From Octopus vulgaris (taxonomy: Eukaryota), in contig OX597815.1 in the NCBI GenBank assembly GCA_951406725.2, positions 117,490,001 through 117,554,000 on the forward strand: a stretch of 64,000 bases of DNA, given 5' to 3'. The position numbers were made by a program, and so were the translations under genes. How positions within the stretch are numbered: position 1 is the first letter of the stretch; every line of letters starts with the position of its first letter. Of the stretch, positions 39,287-53,110 are shown in pieces. Below the pieces are notes generated by a model. It did no database searches. It was not told where the DNA came from and saw nothing but the letters and a program-made list of their open reading frames with translations.

Positions 39287-41294
39287 TGGTTGAACTGAGA
39301 GGACGCCTCGCTCTGAGCTCCGTCCTAAAAAGAAAAAAAGAACAAAAACAGTGTTCTTCACGCACCTGTTAAAGTCGTCACGCTGGTATGCAGCTGGCGA
39401 AAGTTGAACTGAAAGAAGCTGTAAGGTAAGACTTTATGCTTTTTGAGTCCGGTAGGATTTGTTGCCTGTTGGTTTTATTTTTTGAACAGGCTGGGAGTCC
39501 TTACTGGATTCGAAGCTTTTTGTCTGCTTTGCGGTGGAGACGTGTGTGTTGTCTCACATAATTGTGAGAAATTGTATTTGAAAATTTTTGTGCCCACGTG
39601 GATTAAAAGAATTGGCCAGGAGTACCTTTCGGCCGAAAATTTATTTCTTTGCCTGGATTTGAACTCTCTTTTCACAGCTATCATTTATTAAAAAAAAAAG
39701 AACTTTATTTGAACTGTTATTTTTATTTTTTTCCTTCTGTTGTGTCTTCTTTCTTTTCTTGTGTATCTTTATTTATTTGAAAATGCATTGACGAACTATA
39801 TTTGAACTTTTTATTTTAAAAAAATGGCAAAGGAAATATTAGTGTGGGAATTAACACCTCCCAAATCATGGCTAAAAGAGCTCGAAAGGAAGACGGAGGT
39901 GTTGAGGACTTATTCAAAATTGCTCGATACCATAACCGTCTTCCCGAAAGCCACAATTTTGAAAGAGCTGGCAAAATACATGCCAGCTATTAAATTTATT
40001 TCACGGGGAGTCAAATTTGCAACGGTCTGGTTGCTATTTGACTCCCCCAAAGAAGCTTGCGATTTTGCAAGCCGGCCCCTCAAGGGGAAGGAAATAATGT
40101 TTCTTCCCAGTTATTGTGGGAAGAAGTTAACGAGAGCTTGGGTTTGCGGCTTGCCTCCCGGAATTGAGCCCGAGTGGATAGAGGACTCTATCCGCCGGGG
40201 TCTGGGTGGTAGCAATACCAAGCTGCTCAACGTAAAATTTTGCCTGCAGCTGACTGGGAGGGGTCAAAAGCTCTGTTGACCCTATGGACCCAATCAGCCG
40301 AAAGTCTGGTTTTTCCAGAGTTTTTGAGGATGGCCGGGTCTAGGTATCCGGTGATGCTGGAGGGACGCCCCTCCCCAAGTGTCACCTGTGCCTGGAGACC
40401 GGCCAAATCAAGAAAAACTGCCCCAAGGACCAAAATAGGATCCTGGAGCAGTTAACAGAGGAACGACTCCCTGCTCCTTCAATGGAGGGAGAGGAGGAGG
40501 ATGTCGAGGAGGTGGAAACCTCCTCGAAAAAACGAAAGCGAACAATGGTTGCCCACCGAAGAAACCGAGAGCTGCAGGAGAAAAGGAGGACCTGCTGGAC
40601 ACAGCAAGGGAACACCACCCTCCTGCAGCCCAAGGGAAAAAGAAGAAAAAGAAAAACGGGACATTGCCGGCGGGTCGTGACGCGCTGCCAGCGTGTCCCG
40701 ATTCTCCTTTGGCGGGAGTGCTGCTGGAGGAGGAATTTTTGGTCCTCTTCCACAAGGGAGGAACCTTGCAAAATGAAATCAAAAAAATTGCAAGGAAGTG
40801 CCGGTGGGAGGGACTTCTGTCCTACACGGAGGACCCTGAGTGGCCTTCGCAGGTGGCTGCGGAGGTCATATGGGAGAACGATCTATGGAAGATAACGAAC
40901 TCCTTCCCGAAGGACTCCTCGAGATTTATGTTAAAACCTTTAAGTTCGGAACGGACCAGGTGCTTCGATGAAGCGAGGAGCCTGGCCGGGCGGAAAAATT
41001 GAAGAGGTGTATTACCTCAAAAAGAGACTAAAAATGTAAAAAGTGAGAGGATTATTGCCTCGTGTTTGTGTTTTATTTTTAATTTTGAACTGTGTAAGAG
41101 GTGTATTGCCTCATTGTGCTTTAAAAAAGAAAAAAAGAAAAAAGAACAATGTTTTAGAGAAGCGAAAGTCGGCGGGCGCTTATCTTCTCCCATCCTTATC
41201 ATCCATATATCATCATCATTCATCCCATTAATGTCTCTGTCTAGCCCTGAAGCTTCTCTCTGTGTGCTGCCCTTGTGGCAAATTTAATGAAATA
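39287..41294 (+). mobile_element. ORF1-only (HAL1-like) non-autonomous non-LTR retroelement, L1/Tx1-related
   Basis: Perfect 14-bp TSD aagaagcttgcttc (39273-39286; 41295-41308); ends at AATAAA; one gag-like ORF, no RT or endonuclease. Confidence 0.8.
39824..41002 (+). pseudogene. L1/Tx1-type ORF1 protein (~390 aa) with three frameshifts
   Basis: AAAATGG start; RRM-like TRAWVCGLPPGIEPEWI; YPVMLEGRP followed by CHLCLETGQIKKNC (CCHC knuckle with H>Q, 40380-40421); acidic/basic tract; stop at 41002. Confidence 0.75.
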
Positions 41295-41427
41295 AAGAAG
41301 CTTGCTTCCCAACCACATGGTTCCGTCTCCCTACATGACACCTAGGGCAAGTGTCTTCTAACTCGGCCGACCAAAGCCTTTTGAGTGGAGTTGGTAGGTG
41401 GTAGACAGAAACGGAAAAAAGCCTGTC

Positions 41428-41472
<45 letters not shown>

Positions 41473-41663
41473 TACTATATATATATACATACATACGTAT
41501 ATACATACATATATATATATATGATATATATATATGTATATATATATATGTATATATATATATGTATATATACCGATATATATATAAAAAATATATATAT
41601 ATATAATATATATATCATATATATATATGTATGTATATATACATATATATATATACATATTTA

Positions 41664-41694
<31 letters not shown>

Positions 41695-42033
41695 CATATA
41701 TATATATGTAGCCTTGTAAACAGAAAAATAAATACAGACATGGACAAGAACATGAAACACCAAAGAGACGACACAAGAACCACAGGACGGGACATTCAGT
41801 TGGTAAGAACCTGATAGACGGAAACGCAAAGAAAGTTCCTGGATTTTCCTGAAGAAGCTGGTCTCCTATTCAATCCGTCGTATGGTATAATATATATATA
41901 TATATAAAACTAATATCCGCACTAAGGCACGTTGCATACCCCATGGTCGTAACCTAACCGTGATTTTTCTGTATGTATATATACCCAGGTATCGGTTATA
42001 ATATACATGCAAGATAATTCATTTATCCATTTC

Positions 42034-42160
<127 letters not shown>

Positions 42161-42422
42161 ATATACATGTATATATTTGTGTGTTTCTGTCTGTGTTTGT
42201 ACCCCCACTATCGCCGCTTAACAAGCGATGTTGGTGTGTTTACGTCCCTGTAAATGAACGTTTCGGCGAAAGAGACCGACAGAATAAGAACTACGTTTAC
42301 AAAGAATAAGTCCCTGGGTAGACTTTTTGATTAAAACCCCTGAAGATGGTGATGCAGCTCGGCCGCCGACAAATGACTGAAGCAAGAAAAGAAAAAGAAT
42401 GTGTGTGTGTGTGTGTGTGTAT

Positions 42423-42464
<42 letters not shown>

Positions 42465-43091
42465 TTGTATACATATAGATGTATCTACATACACATTCTC
42501 ACAAATCCACACGCATACATTCGCGCTCACAAAAGCACTCACACACATACAATATTCCTATAATGAATATTTTTATTTTACTCTAACATAGCATCTTCAA
42601 ACACTACATCAAAGCCAAAATACGTCAATAACTAGATTTCAAGAAGTGTTATGAGATTATAAAATGTAAACCCAATCCTCTTAAAACCATAGAAACATCA
42701 CATATGTAATGCATATGTACATACTTTACCTTGGGAGAAGATCCTATTTATACCCTTTGGCCATCAGCGGACTAAGTTTACGTGACTAAGTGTGAAGAGT
42801 ATTTTAAAGGAAAAACTGTCGTCATGCCAAGGACTGAACTTAGATGTTTAATGAATCAATGATTTGTTAGACATTTTAAGAACATGTCCTTGAGTGTTCT
42901 GGCATCGCGATTTTTTGTCCGACTACGCACATGCATCTTTAGACACACATATACACTAATATGTGTGTCTATGTATGTATGTGTATTATATATGTATGTG
43001 CATGTGTATTTAAGTATAATATATATTTTATCTTATTTATATAGTATATATATTTTATATATGTATTATATATCTATTTTATATATGTATC

Positions 43092-43194
<103 letters not shown>

Positions 43195-43214
43195 CATGTA
43201 TTATGTATATTCTT

Positions 43215-43600
43215 TTATTCTTTTGTTTCACTCATTTGACTGTGGCCATGCTGGAGCACCATCTTGAAAGGTTTTTTTTAGTCAAAGAAATCGATCCCAG
43301 GACTTATTCATTGTAAGCCTAGTACTAATTCTATCGGTCTCTTTTGCCGAACGTGAGTTTATGGGAACGTAAACACACCAACATCGATTGTCATGCGATG
43401 GAAGGGAAAAACACAGATACAAAGACGCGCACATAAATATTTACCGATGTATACGACAGGCTTCTTTCAGTTTCCGTCTACCAAATCCACTCACAAGACT
43501 TTGGTCGGCGATAGTAGAAGACACTTGCCCAAAGTGCAACGCAGTGGGACTGAACTCTGAACCATGTGGTTGGGAAACAAACTTCTTACCACACAGCTAT
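43215..43600 (-). mobile_element. Family-B SINE, near full length
   Basis: Same two modules as 6105-6478. Confidence 0.87.
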
Positions 43601-43610
43601 GTATGTATGG

Positions 43611-43712
<102 letters not shown>

Positions 43713-45653
43713 GTATATGAATGTGCATATATGTATGTATGTATGTATGTATGCACGCTTTTATGTATGTATGTATGTATGTATGTATGTATGTATGTAT
43801 GTATGTATGTATGTATGTGTGAATGCATATACATATATAGTTCTATCAAGCTGTTTTAACTCTGAAAACTGCCTTCCTGAAGTAGTGCATCAGCCTCGTT
43901 CTTAGGAACAAAGACACCGGAATACACACATATACACGCACGTAGACATACAAACACGCATGCATACATACATACATGCATACATGCATACATACATACA
44001 TACATACATACATACATACATACATACATACATACATACATACATACATACATACATACATACATACATACATACATACATGCACAAACACATAAATACA
44101 TACACTCACCCGCATACTCTGGTACAGGCCCCCATATATATATATAAATATCACAGCCATCACTTTCGAGCGAACATACCATGGTAAAATGTAGCATGTT
44201 TTCGTATGAAGTCGCGAGCAAGCATCGATAAGCTTCCTGCTGCCACTCTTCAGTTGGTGGAACAGTTGGAGGCAGAGAGAAGGAGGCACTATCATTGGGG
44301 CTCATTCCAGCCGGGGAGACTGGAGCAACACAAAATGAAATGCTTTAACATAGTGATTGAGAGTCCAGCCTCAAATCCACTAAACCGTGCACCTTCACTC
44401 ACACACGCACACATGCATACTACTTTACCTACAAATATCTGACACGATCCCTAGAATTAATAAGGAGAGAGAGAGCTTAATCTGGTTCCCATGACGTATA
44501 AATGACTAAGATTATAAGATTCCATTTGAAGGGGACGCCGGTTCATCTCAAAGATAACTTAGTTATTGCTGAGTACAGCTAAGTGGATGGGAGCAACGTG
44601 TTTTGGTCAAGCACACACTGCACCGCTCGTTCCAGGAATTGAAACCACGATCTCAGGACCACGCTAAACACCAGGCCAAGCGAATTCACTCATACATATC
44701 CACGTATGTAAATGGACATGCATAAATTAACACTTTAGTATTTACGGTTTCCGATAGATAGAAAAACGTATCAAAGCAAAGATGCAGAAACTGAATTGGA
44801 AATAGTTGAATTGTAAAACGGCATTGAAATTTCTCTCGGTTTCAGGCTAAGTCAAAGATCATCTTCATGAATCATCGAAATTATAGGGAAATATAGCAAG
44901 ATGAGTGGACAGAATTTGTACAGAGCGTTGCTATAGAGACAATGATACGTGATATATATTGTACAAACGGATATAACATATCGATGCTAGAATGGACAGA
45001 ACACATGGAACAAGAAGATTCCCGGAAACATGTGAGAATCGAAGAAACCAAAGGAAAATTGGGCAGAAGCTTAGCCAATAAATAGCTTCTCTTAAATAAC
45101 AGCAGCGTATTACATTAGAAATACGACTGTTTTCCATCGGTTATTGTTATAGGTTACACCATGTCCAATATAGTTTATGGCATGTAAAAGGAAAAACTGC
45201 TGTTAGTGTCCTTTATATCGGATATTCACTGTTGTTTAACAACTTCAAAGCTGGAGAGCGTAGCAGTAACCGAAAAATCTTAAGAAACAGAGCAGAAGCA
45301 ATAACAAACGCTATCTCACGTATACAACAAGAAGAACAACAACAACCAAAGTACATGACACATCAGCCGTAGTAGTTGTGGTTATAGCTGAAGCAGCAGC
45401 ATTTCTCTGTTTGTTATGTAAGAGAAGTTAACTTGTTGTAAAGTACTTGAGTTTCAACTATAGAACATAAATATAAATACCACAATATGAAACGGTAGCT
45501 ATGTGCTTGCGCACACATTTACATGCCAACAGACATACATGCGCACATACGTTAAATAAAAGTACACACCCACACGCACACACACATACACGCGCGCACA
45601 CGTATCTACACATTTCTCCCTTCTCTCTTTCTCATATATATATATGTGAAATA

Positions 45654-45706
<53 letters not shown>

Positions 45707-45744
45707 TTGTGTGAGTGTGTGCCTATAATATACACACAAACCTC

Positions 45745-45913
45745 TGCAGGCGTAGTTGTGTGGTAAAATATTTGCTTCCCAAACACATGGTTCCGGGTTC
45801 AGTCCCACTGCATGGCACCTTGGGTTAGTGTCTTCTACTATAGCCTCGGGCCGACCAAAATCTTGCGAATGGATCTGGTAGAAGGAAGCTAAAAGAGTCA
45901 CGTCGTATATATA

Positions 45914-45951
<38 letters not shown>

Positions 45952-46115
45952 TGTGCGCGTGCGTGTGTGTGTTTGTGTATGCATTTGTCCCCCAATATCA
46001 GAATAGAATAAGTACCAGGCTTAAAAGTAATAAGATCTGGGGACGATCCATTCGACTAAAGTTCTTCAGTTCAGTGCCGGAGCATGGCCGCAGTCTAATG
46101 ACTGAAACAATTAAA
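45745..46115 (+). mobile_element. Family-B SINE with internal (TG)n
   Basis: Head gcaggcgtagttgtgtggtaa..ttgcttccc..acacatggttccgggttcagtccc; tail gcatggccgcagtctaatgactgaaac. Confidence 0.87.
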
Positions 46116-46124
46116 TGATAAAAT

Positions 46125-46169
<45 letters not shown>

Positions 46170-46200
46170 CACATATACTTATATTCATTCACACACATGC

Positions 46201-46545
46201 GGTAAACTTTCCCTTGACCATCGTGACAGAGGAGCACCAAAGAAGCGATAGAAGGCCTGTTTGGAAACAACCCTTGGTGGCTGTCATATCGACTAACGCC
46301 AGTGGTCCACTGTAGCCGAGGACCATGGCACTTGACGTCCCACTATCAACCATGTTGTCTCCTCTTCCGAAAACAGTCATAGGGCCATTATCAGTGACAA
46401 AAGGCGCAGGAAAAAGAACCACAACATCACTCATCAAATTCAGACCAGACCAGACCAGACCTTCAACGGCAGTCACTGCGGCCGTGCCTACATGTCCCGC
46501 ATTGGCCTCATCAGCCACGAGCGTGCTTGCAGTCAACGTGGACCA

Positions 46546-46546
<1 letters not shown>
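46201..46546 (+). mobile_element. RTE (BovB-like) LINE 3' fragment
   Basis: RDRGAPKKR*K...CHID*RQWSTVAED...HCGRAYMSRIGLISHERAC (C-terminal zinc-finger motif), with in-frame stops. Confidence 0.82.
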
Positions 46547-46594
<48 letters not shown>

Positions 46595-46597
<3 letters not shown>

Positions 46598-46742
46598 CGG
46601 GAAGGTTTACGAAAATAAACAAAGAACGAAGGCAGGTGGAGTACAAACAAACAAATGTAGTAGTATGGCGCTCAGGAATAGAAATCGAACAAGTCTTTTA
46701 CGTTTCGAGCCTACGCTCTTCGACAGAAAGATACACAGAAAA
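46595..46742 (-). repeat. Second copy of the Penelope pseudo-LTR-like repeat
   Basis: Reverse complement aligns with 30120-30262. Confidence 0.55.
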
Positions 46743-46914
46743 GTATATATATATATACTTAAGTACGTCGAAACTCAGTACACACGAACATGTTCACATT
46801 TGTATATGTGGAATTGGTAAGTTAAGTAGGGATAGAATTACTAAGCAAAGGAGCAACGTTCTAAGTTCTCAGCGTATAAAAAATATTCTTCGTTCATCGA
46901 ACTTTTCCTTTTAG

Positions 46915-46972
46915 TGAGAGAAAGGAAGACTTCACGCAGCAAGCGTTGAAAAGGGGAGATAATTCGAAAAAG
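46915..46972 (+). other. Candidate 58-nt plus-strand exon
   Basis: acttttccttttag| ... AAG|gtaaga; one frame reads ERKEDFTQQALKRGDNSKK. Confidence 0.25.
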
Positions 46973-47901
46973 GTAAGAATTAAGCCATGAAAGTTAATTT
47001 GCAAGCTTAGGCGGAAAGTCTGTTGGGGTGGGGACAACTAAAATTATATTTCGGTCTATTAGATCTCATCAGCATAGTAAAGTTTGCTGCCAAAAGTTTT
47101 TGCATATACAAAATAATTATGAAGAATTTTTGGCCAGCACAATTTTCATAATACAGAAATAAAATGGGGTTAAAGGAAATAACCATTGCTTGTATCATTG
47201 TCCTAAATCAAATTCATTTAACTTTCGTCGAACCTTCTTGGTAATCTCTTTGCATAAAAAATGTATTAACAACGAAACATTTATACCCATTCTCCTCCAA
47301 ACATAACAGACACTGACGCACACACACTCGTACACGGACACCCCACACACAGCGTGCATACTCACACACATATAGATATACGGTCGCTGCAGAGGCAACG
47401 TTTCGTTTCCCACCGATTTATCGTGTTTTTACCACAAGTCTACAAGTAATGCTATTTCTAGACGAATACCGCAGTATATGGCCTGGCAACGGTGTACATG
47501 CATTAAGTATGACATGTATATAACTATTTTAATTTAAAACTGCATCAATTACATGTATCAAATTTTTATTCATCTGGGTGGCAAAAAAAAAAAAAATCTC
47601 GTCCAGGCATGTTGGTGACAAAAAAAATTTGTCCGGTCATGTGGCAGGCTGAAAAGGCTCCAAAAGGCTGAAATACTTCCGGAGTTCTCGCTAGCCGCCG
47701 CTGGAGCACTTTCACGCCTTCCTCCAATATGTATTTTGCTTTTAGCACACATCCATAAGAGATATTATCTCTAGACAAAAACTGGAGTAACTGGCCTATC
47801 AACAGTGTATATGCACGCCCGTGCGCGCGCACACACACTTACACACACTCATGCATGAAAATATATTTATACATATACATAAACGTATATGTATATATGT
47901 A

Positions 47902-47947
<46 letters not shown>

Positions 47948-47998
47948 CATATACATATACATATATGTGTATGTGTATATGTATATACATATACATAC

Positions 47999-48049
<51 letters not shown>

Positions 48050-48647
48050 CAAACATATATATGTATATGCATATATTAACAGATGTTTACGTGTAATATG
48101 TATGTATATAAATGTATATGTATGTATATAATATATATATACGTACACACATGTATATAAGCATGTCATCATGTATATATGGGTATATGAGTGTAATTAT
48201 TTTTAAGCACATCCGGTATTGAAATAGTTGTGTAATTTTAAATAAATGGCCTGCTTTAATCAGTGAGTGTCAATTTCCTGTTTAGACCAAGGACACAAGA
48301 GAAGACAAACTGTGTGAACAGAATATGTTTTGACTTGCTGCAATAGAAATACAGCTCTTGGAGTTAAGTATGTGTGTGTGTGTGTGTGGGTTGGTGTTGG
48401 TGGGTGTTGGTGGGTGTGGGTGGGTGGTGTGGGGCTGGTGAAGGTGTTTGATGACGGTGCGCATGTGGGTAAGTATCGTGTAAAGTTGACGTGAAACCAG
48501 TGATAAATGTCTGGGAGCTGTCATGTATTGGTAAAGTCGACGAGAAACCAATGTATAGGAGGTGACATGCACATGCGCACATGTGTATACCCGCATCCAT
48601 ATCCGCTTGTCTGTCACATGTGTGTGTTGATATCTATCTATCTATCA

Positions 48648-48747
<100 letters not shown>

Positions 48748-48774
48748 CTCTATCACTATATCGTTTCTCTAAAA

Positions 48775-49185
48775 CTTGCTTCAGTTATTAGACTGAGATC
48801 ATGCTGGGGCACTGTTTTGAAAAATTTTAGCCGAACGAATTGACCCCAGGATTTACCTTTTTTTTAAATCTGGTACTGGTATTTATCCTATTCCTCTCTT
48901 ATGTCGAACCGCTATGTTACGTGGATGTAAACATACCAACTACGGGTTTCTTTCAGTTCCCATCTACCAAAACCCCTCACAAATTTTAATTCATCTGAGT
49001 GGCAAAAAAAAAAAAATCTCGTCCAGGCATGTTAGTGGCAAAAAATTTTGTCCAGGCTCAAAAGGTTCAGCCACTGCGTGTTCCGAGGCTATAGCAGAAA
49101 ACACTTGTCCAAATTGACACGCAGTGGCTGAACAGGGAACTGTGGGACTGGGAAGCAAAGCAAATTTATTACCTTACAGCCACAC
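48775..49185 (-). mobile_element. Family-B SINE carrying a foreign ~85-bp insert
   Basis: Family modules are interrupted at 48981-49065 by sequence matching 47560-47670. Confidence 0.8.
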
Positions 49186-49240
49186 TTGCATCATGCATGC
49201 ATACATACATACATACATACATACATACATACATACATAC

Positions 49241-49850
49241 AAATGTCATCACGGTATTCTCTACCGGTGAGACATGATGTAGCTAGGATACTGTATAACG
49301 AGATCCGTCGAAAGGATAACTTCGAGAACAAAGAAATAAGAACCCATAATATGGTGGAAGCCATAGCCACGCATAATACAAAAGGAGTATTGGTGGAATA
49401 TCCCTGTGAAAACCCCAATAAAATGTAAACACAACAGACCTGATATAAGGATTTAGAATAGAGAAGAGAAACTGTGTACACTTGTGAAAATCAGCTGTGC
49501 AGCGGATGTTAACACAAAGCTGAAGATCAGTGAAGAGAATACCTACGCCGAACTATTGAGAAATTTGAAGTTGCTCTATCCAGATTACATGTTCAGGTTT
49601 ATACCTTAACTTATTGGTGCCCTGGGATATGTAACACACTACCTAAATACCAATCTTGAGAAATTAGGCTTCTCAATACCAAAAAGGAGAAAGTCGATTC
49701 GAAGACTACAGATCCAAGCCATCGCTGGAACTGTAAAAATCTGTAAAACTTTCCAGAAGTTTATCATTCACGTATATACAAGCATGTCTAGATATGTAAG
49801 TATATGCATGAGAAGACATACATAAAACAAAACATACAAATCTGCACGTA
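49241..49850 (+). mobile_element. 5'-truncated R4-clade LINE (restriction-like endonuclease domain)
   Basis: LPVRHDVAR...YWWNIPVKT..KCKHNRPDI...LVKISC...IGALG...GTVKICKTF across frameshifts; flanked by (TACA)n. Confidence 0.85.
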
Positions 49851-49889
49851 TACATACATACATACCTACATACATACATGCATAATGCA

Positions 49890-50990
49890 TACAACTGGTT
49901 ACTACAAGAACTCAGTGAGATAGAGGTTTGATCTCGCAAGCTGCTCAGTGTCACAGGAAACTACAACATCAATGGAGATATAGACACACTTTACTTCTCA
50001 TGCAAGGATAGTGGCCGTGGTCCTAAATCTGTACTGATGTCATATGAAGCACTGATTGTGAAACAACATCTGCAGCAAAAGAAGAAAACTAGTAACTATT
50101 TTCCCCAAGTTTGTGATCGCAAAAACAACAACATTATTAGAATAGGTAATAGAGGAGAGGTATGAAATAGGAGCTGATACAGACCCCTCCCCAAGGAGCA
50201 TTGGAAAAAATCTATATGTCAGAAAAACGGAAAAAATGGACCAGTTCACTGAGAAGATAGTGCATGGGTAGTAGGTACGTAAAACATAAGTCATAGAAGG
50301 GATTGATCATGTCAAAAGCTTGGCATGGAATACCAACAAGTTTATGACATCCCAGTATGAAGGCTACATCCATGTAGTCTAACAAGAAATCCTCACAAAA
50401 TACCTATAGCAAGCAGAAAACATTGACCGACAACAAATGTAGGCTTTGCAAACCAAGAGGGAAGACATCAACCTAGTTATTGTCAATTGCAAGAGAATGT
50501 CTTCCAGATATTATCTTCCCATGAAGCATAATGCGGTGGCCAGAACGGTGTGGAACAGGATAACAAAACAGAAAATACCTACGAAGTCGATTATATTGAG
50601 ACCGACGGGTCAAAAGAATACTGGTGGAACTTAAAAAAACTAAAACAGCCATCAAGTTAAAACACAACCGGCCAACTGTTGTGTGGAAGCATAAAGAAAA
50701 GATATGCTCTGTTGTGAAAATCAGCTGCGCTCTGGAAACAAATGTGTTTAGAAAAGAGAAAGAGGGCATCTATAGACCATTGATAAAGTGTTTGCAAATC
50801 CAGTACCCATGACACACTTTCAGCTTTATACCTATTGTTATTGGAGCAACATGATATATACCAAACCGTCTGGAACTAAATATGACTGAACTCGAGATCT
50901 CGTCAGGGAAAATGCAAATTGTTAGTTCATATGCTACAAGAGTTCACGATATCTGGAACTATAAAAATCTGCAAGACCTTAAGATTTAAT
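49890..50990 (+). mobile_element. Older R4-clade LINE fragment (post-RT, zinc knuckle, RLE)
   Basis: DIDTLY...GRG; EGYI...QEI.TKY; CRLC..EDI..VI.NC..MSSRYYLPMKHN; KHNRP; IPIVIGA; GTIKICKT; many stops. Confidence 0.8.
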
Positions 50991-51002
50991 GAATAATACT
51001 TT

Positions 51003-51225
51003 CCTATTTCTTTATTACCCACAAGGGGCTAAACATAGAGGGGACAAACAAGGACAGACATAGGTATTAAGTCGATTACATCGATCTCAGTGCGGAACTG
51101 GTACTTAATTTATCGACCCCGAAAAGATGAAAGGCAAAGTCAACCTCGGCGGAATTTGAACTTACAACGTAACGACAGACGAAATACCGCTAAGCATTTC
51201 ATCCGGCGTGCTAACGTTTCTGCCT
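51003..51225 (-). mobile_element. Family-A SINE
   Basis: Core plus the tttagccccttgtggg-type tail. Confidence 0.88.
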
Positions 51226-51421
51226 TCCTTCACAACCTCACTACAAAGTAGGTGGCCTGTCAAAATTTACTCTAAAATTAAAAAGAGGAAGACAAGAACC
51301 AGCATACACACATATATGTATGCATGTATGTATATACATACATATATTTATATGCATGCATGTATGTATGTATGTATGTATGTATGTATGTATGTATGTA
51401 TGTATGTATGTATGTATGTAT

Positions 51422-51651
51422 GTAGGTTGGCCAAAAGTCACCCGGCAGTAAATCAAAATTCGATATATACTATCTGTAATTCTGTATTGAGTCGAGTAGA
51501 AAAATGTGTCGCGGAAGAAGGACTTCAGTTTGAACAATTTTCATGATGTTTCATAATTAGATGCTTTTATTAAATTCATTCAGTTGTTAAACATAATTAA
51601 ATCTTGGAATTAAATGGTTTTGATTTACTGTCAAGTGACTTTTGGCCAACC

Positions 51652-51654
<3 letters not shown>
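51422..51654. mobile_element. Tc1/mariner-type MITE
   Basis: ~35-bp TIRs ggttggccaaaagtcac...cagtaaatcaaaa / ttttgatttactg...gtgacttttggccaaccctg, inside TA-rich repeats. Confidence 0.87.
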
Positions 51655-51698
<44 letters not shown>

Positions 51699-51796
51699 CA
51701 TATATATATATATATATTTATATACACACACAGAGACACACACACACATATATAATATATATATATATATATGATATATGTATATATACATATATA

Positions 51797-51829
<33 letters not shown>

Positions 51830-51863
51830 TGTATGTATGTATGTATGTATGTATGTATGTATG

Positions 51864-51897
<34 letters not shown>

Positions 51898-51929
51898 CAT
51901 ACACGTACGCACACAGACAACACATTTAT

Positions 51930-52420
51930 GTAGGCCTTGATTATAGGGATCAGCTCGAGACACTCAAACTTTACACCCTCCCACGCCGCCGCGAATGCTA
52001 CATCATTTGTATGACGTAGAAAGTATTCCAACTGCATTGCCCAAATGACGTTGGCACCAACTTTAAAATTCAACCACGTCTTGGTCCCCGTGCCATCCAT
52101 CCTCTAGAAAAATCATTCTCGCATCACATCCCAACACTAAGACAGAATTACTACACTTCACCTACTCCTGCCCTTTTCAACATCATGCCAAGGCATATAA
52201 GGGTTGAAAAACATCTCATAACCTTCAAATGCTTACTGGATGTATATTTCCAAGAAATTCCAGATAAACCACCCACATCCGGATACACATATGCAAGCAA
52301 TAACTCTTTACTCGGATGGGCTATGGTGACCAAAGAGCGACTAATAAAAAGCATCATTAAATGTCTTTTCCGACTGGTGCTATTTAATCATGGCCTGAGC
52401 CAAATCTGGCCGAAACACCC
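51930..52420 (+). mobile_element. CR1-group LINE 3' fragment
   Basis: [24 protein letters not shown]...LFNIMP...FKCLLDVYFQEIPDKP..GY..NNSLL. Confidence 0.8.
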
Positions 52421-52545
52421 AAGTATATGTATGTATGTATGTAAGTATGTAGACACATAGATACATAAATACATAAATGCATACATACATACATACATAC
52501 ATACATACATACATACATACATACATACATACATACATACATACA

Positions 52546-52577
<32 letters not shown>

Positions 52578-52891
52578 CACACCACTATGAAATCGTCGCT
52601 CCTAAATTTAGCAGAAAGAAATTAGTTGGTAATTTGGAATAATCGGTCAGCACACTTACCGCAAAAATAAGAGGTGTGGTTCGTTTTCTACGTGTACTTA
52701 CCCATTTTTCCGTAGAGGGATTATATGCTCCAATATTAGACTAATTTTTATAGCCAATGTAGCCTATATACGGTGAACACTTATGATTATATTTACAGGA
52801 TTTTCACTCGTCACCGCTTTATAACGTACGTAGAATAGAATACACACGTGTATATATATATTATTGCGCAAAAAATGATTGTACACATTGT

Positions 52892-52933
<42 letters not shown>

Positions 52934-53076
52934 GCAAACACACACACATATATATATTTCAAAATAGAGACGTGCACACACACACACACACACACACACA
53001 CGAATTCAAACACTGCCAAAGTTAACTTTGTATTTCGTCCTTCAGGTTCAACAGAAGTTGTAAAGGGATTGGTTAA

Positions 53077-53110
<34 letters not shown>

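Larger units (their letters stand above)
39251..41430 (+). mobile_element. Family-B SINE split by a 2-kb insertion
   Basis: Head ggcgcaggcg...gtggtaagaagcttgcttc (39251-39286) resumes as ccaaccacatggttcc... at 41309; compare the uninterrupted copy at 45745. Confidence 0.9.

Noticed and set aside
40049-40059. Internal aagaagcttgc matching the TSD of the ORF1 element
   Set aside because: Only 11 bp, within coding sequence, not at a boundary; likely chance.
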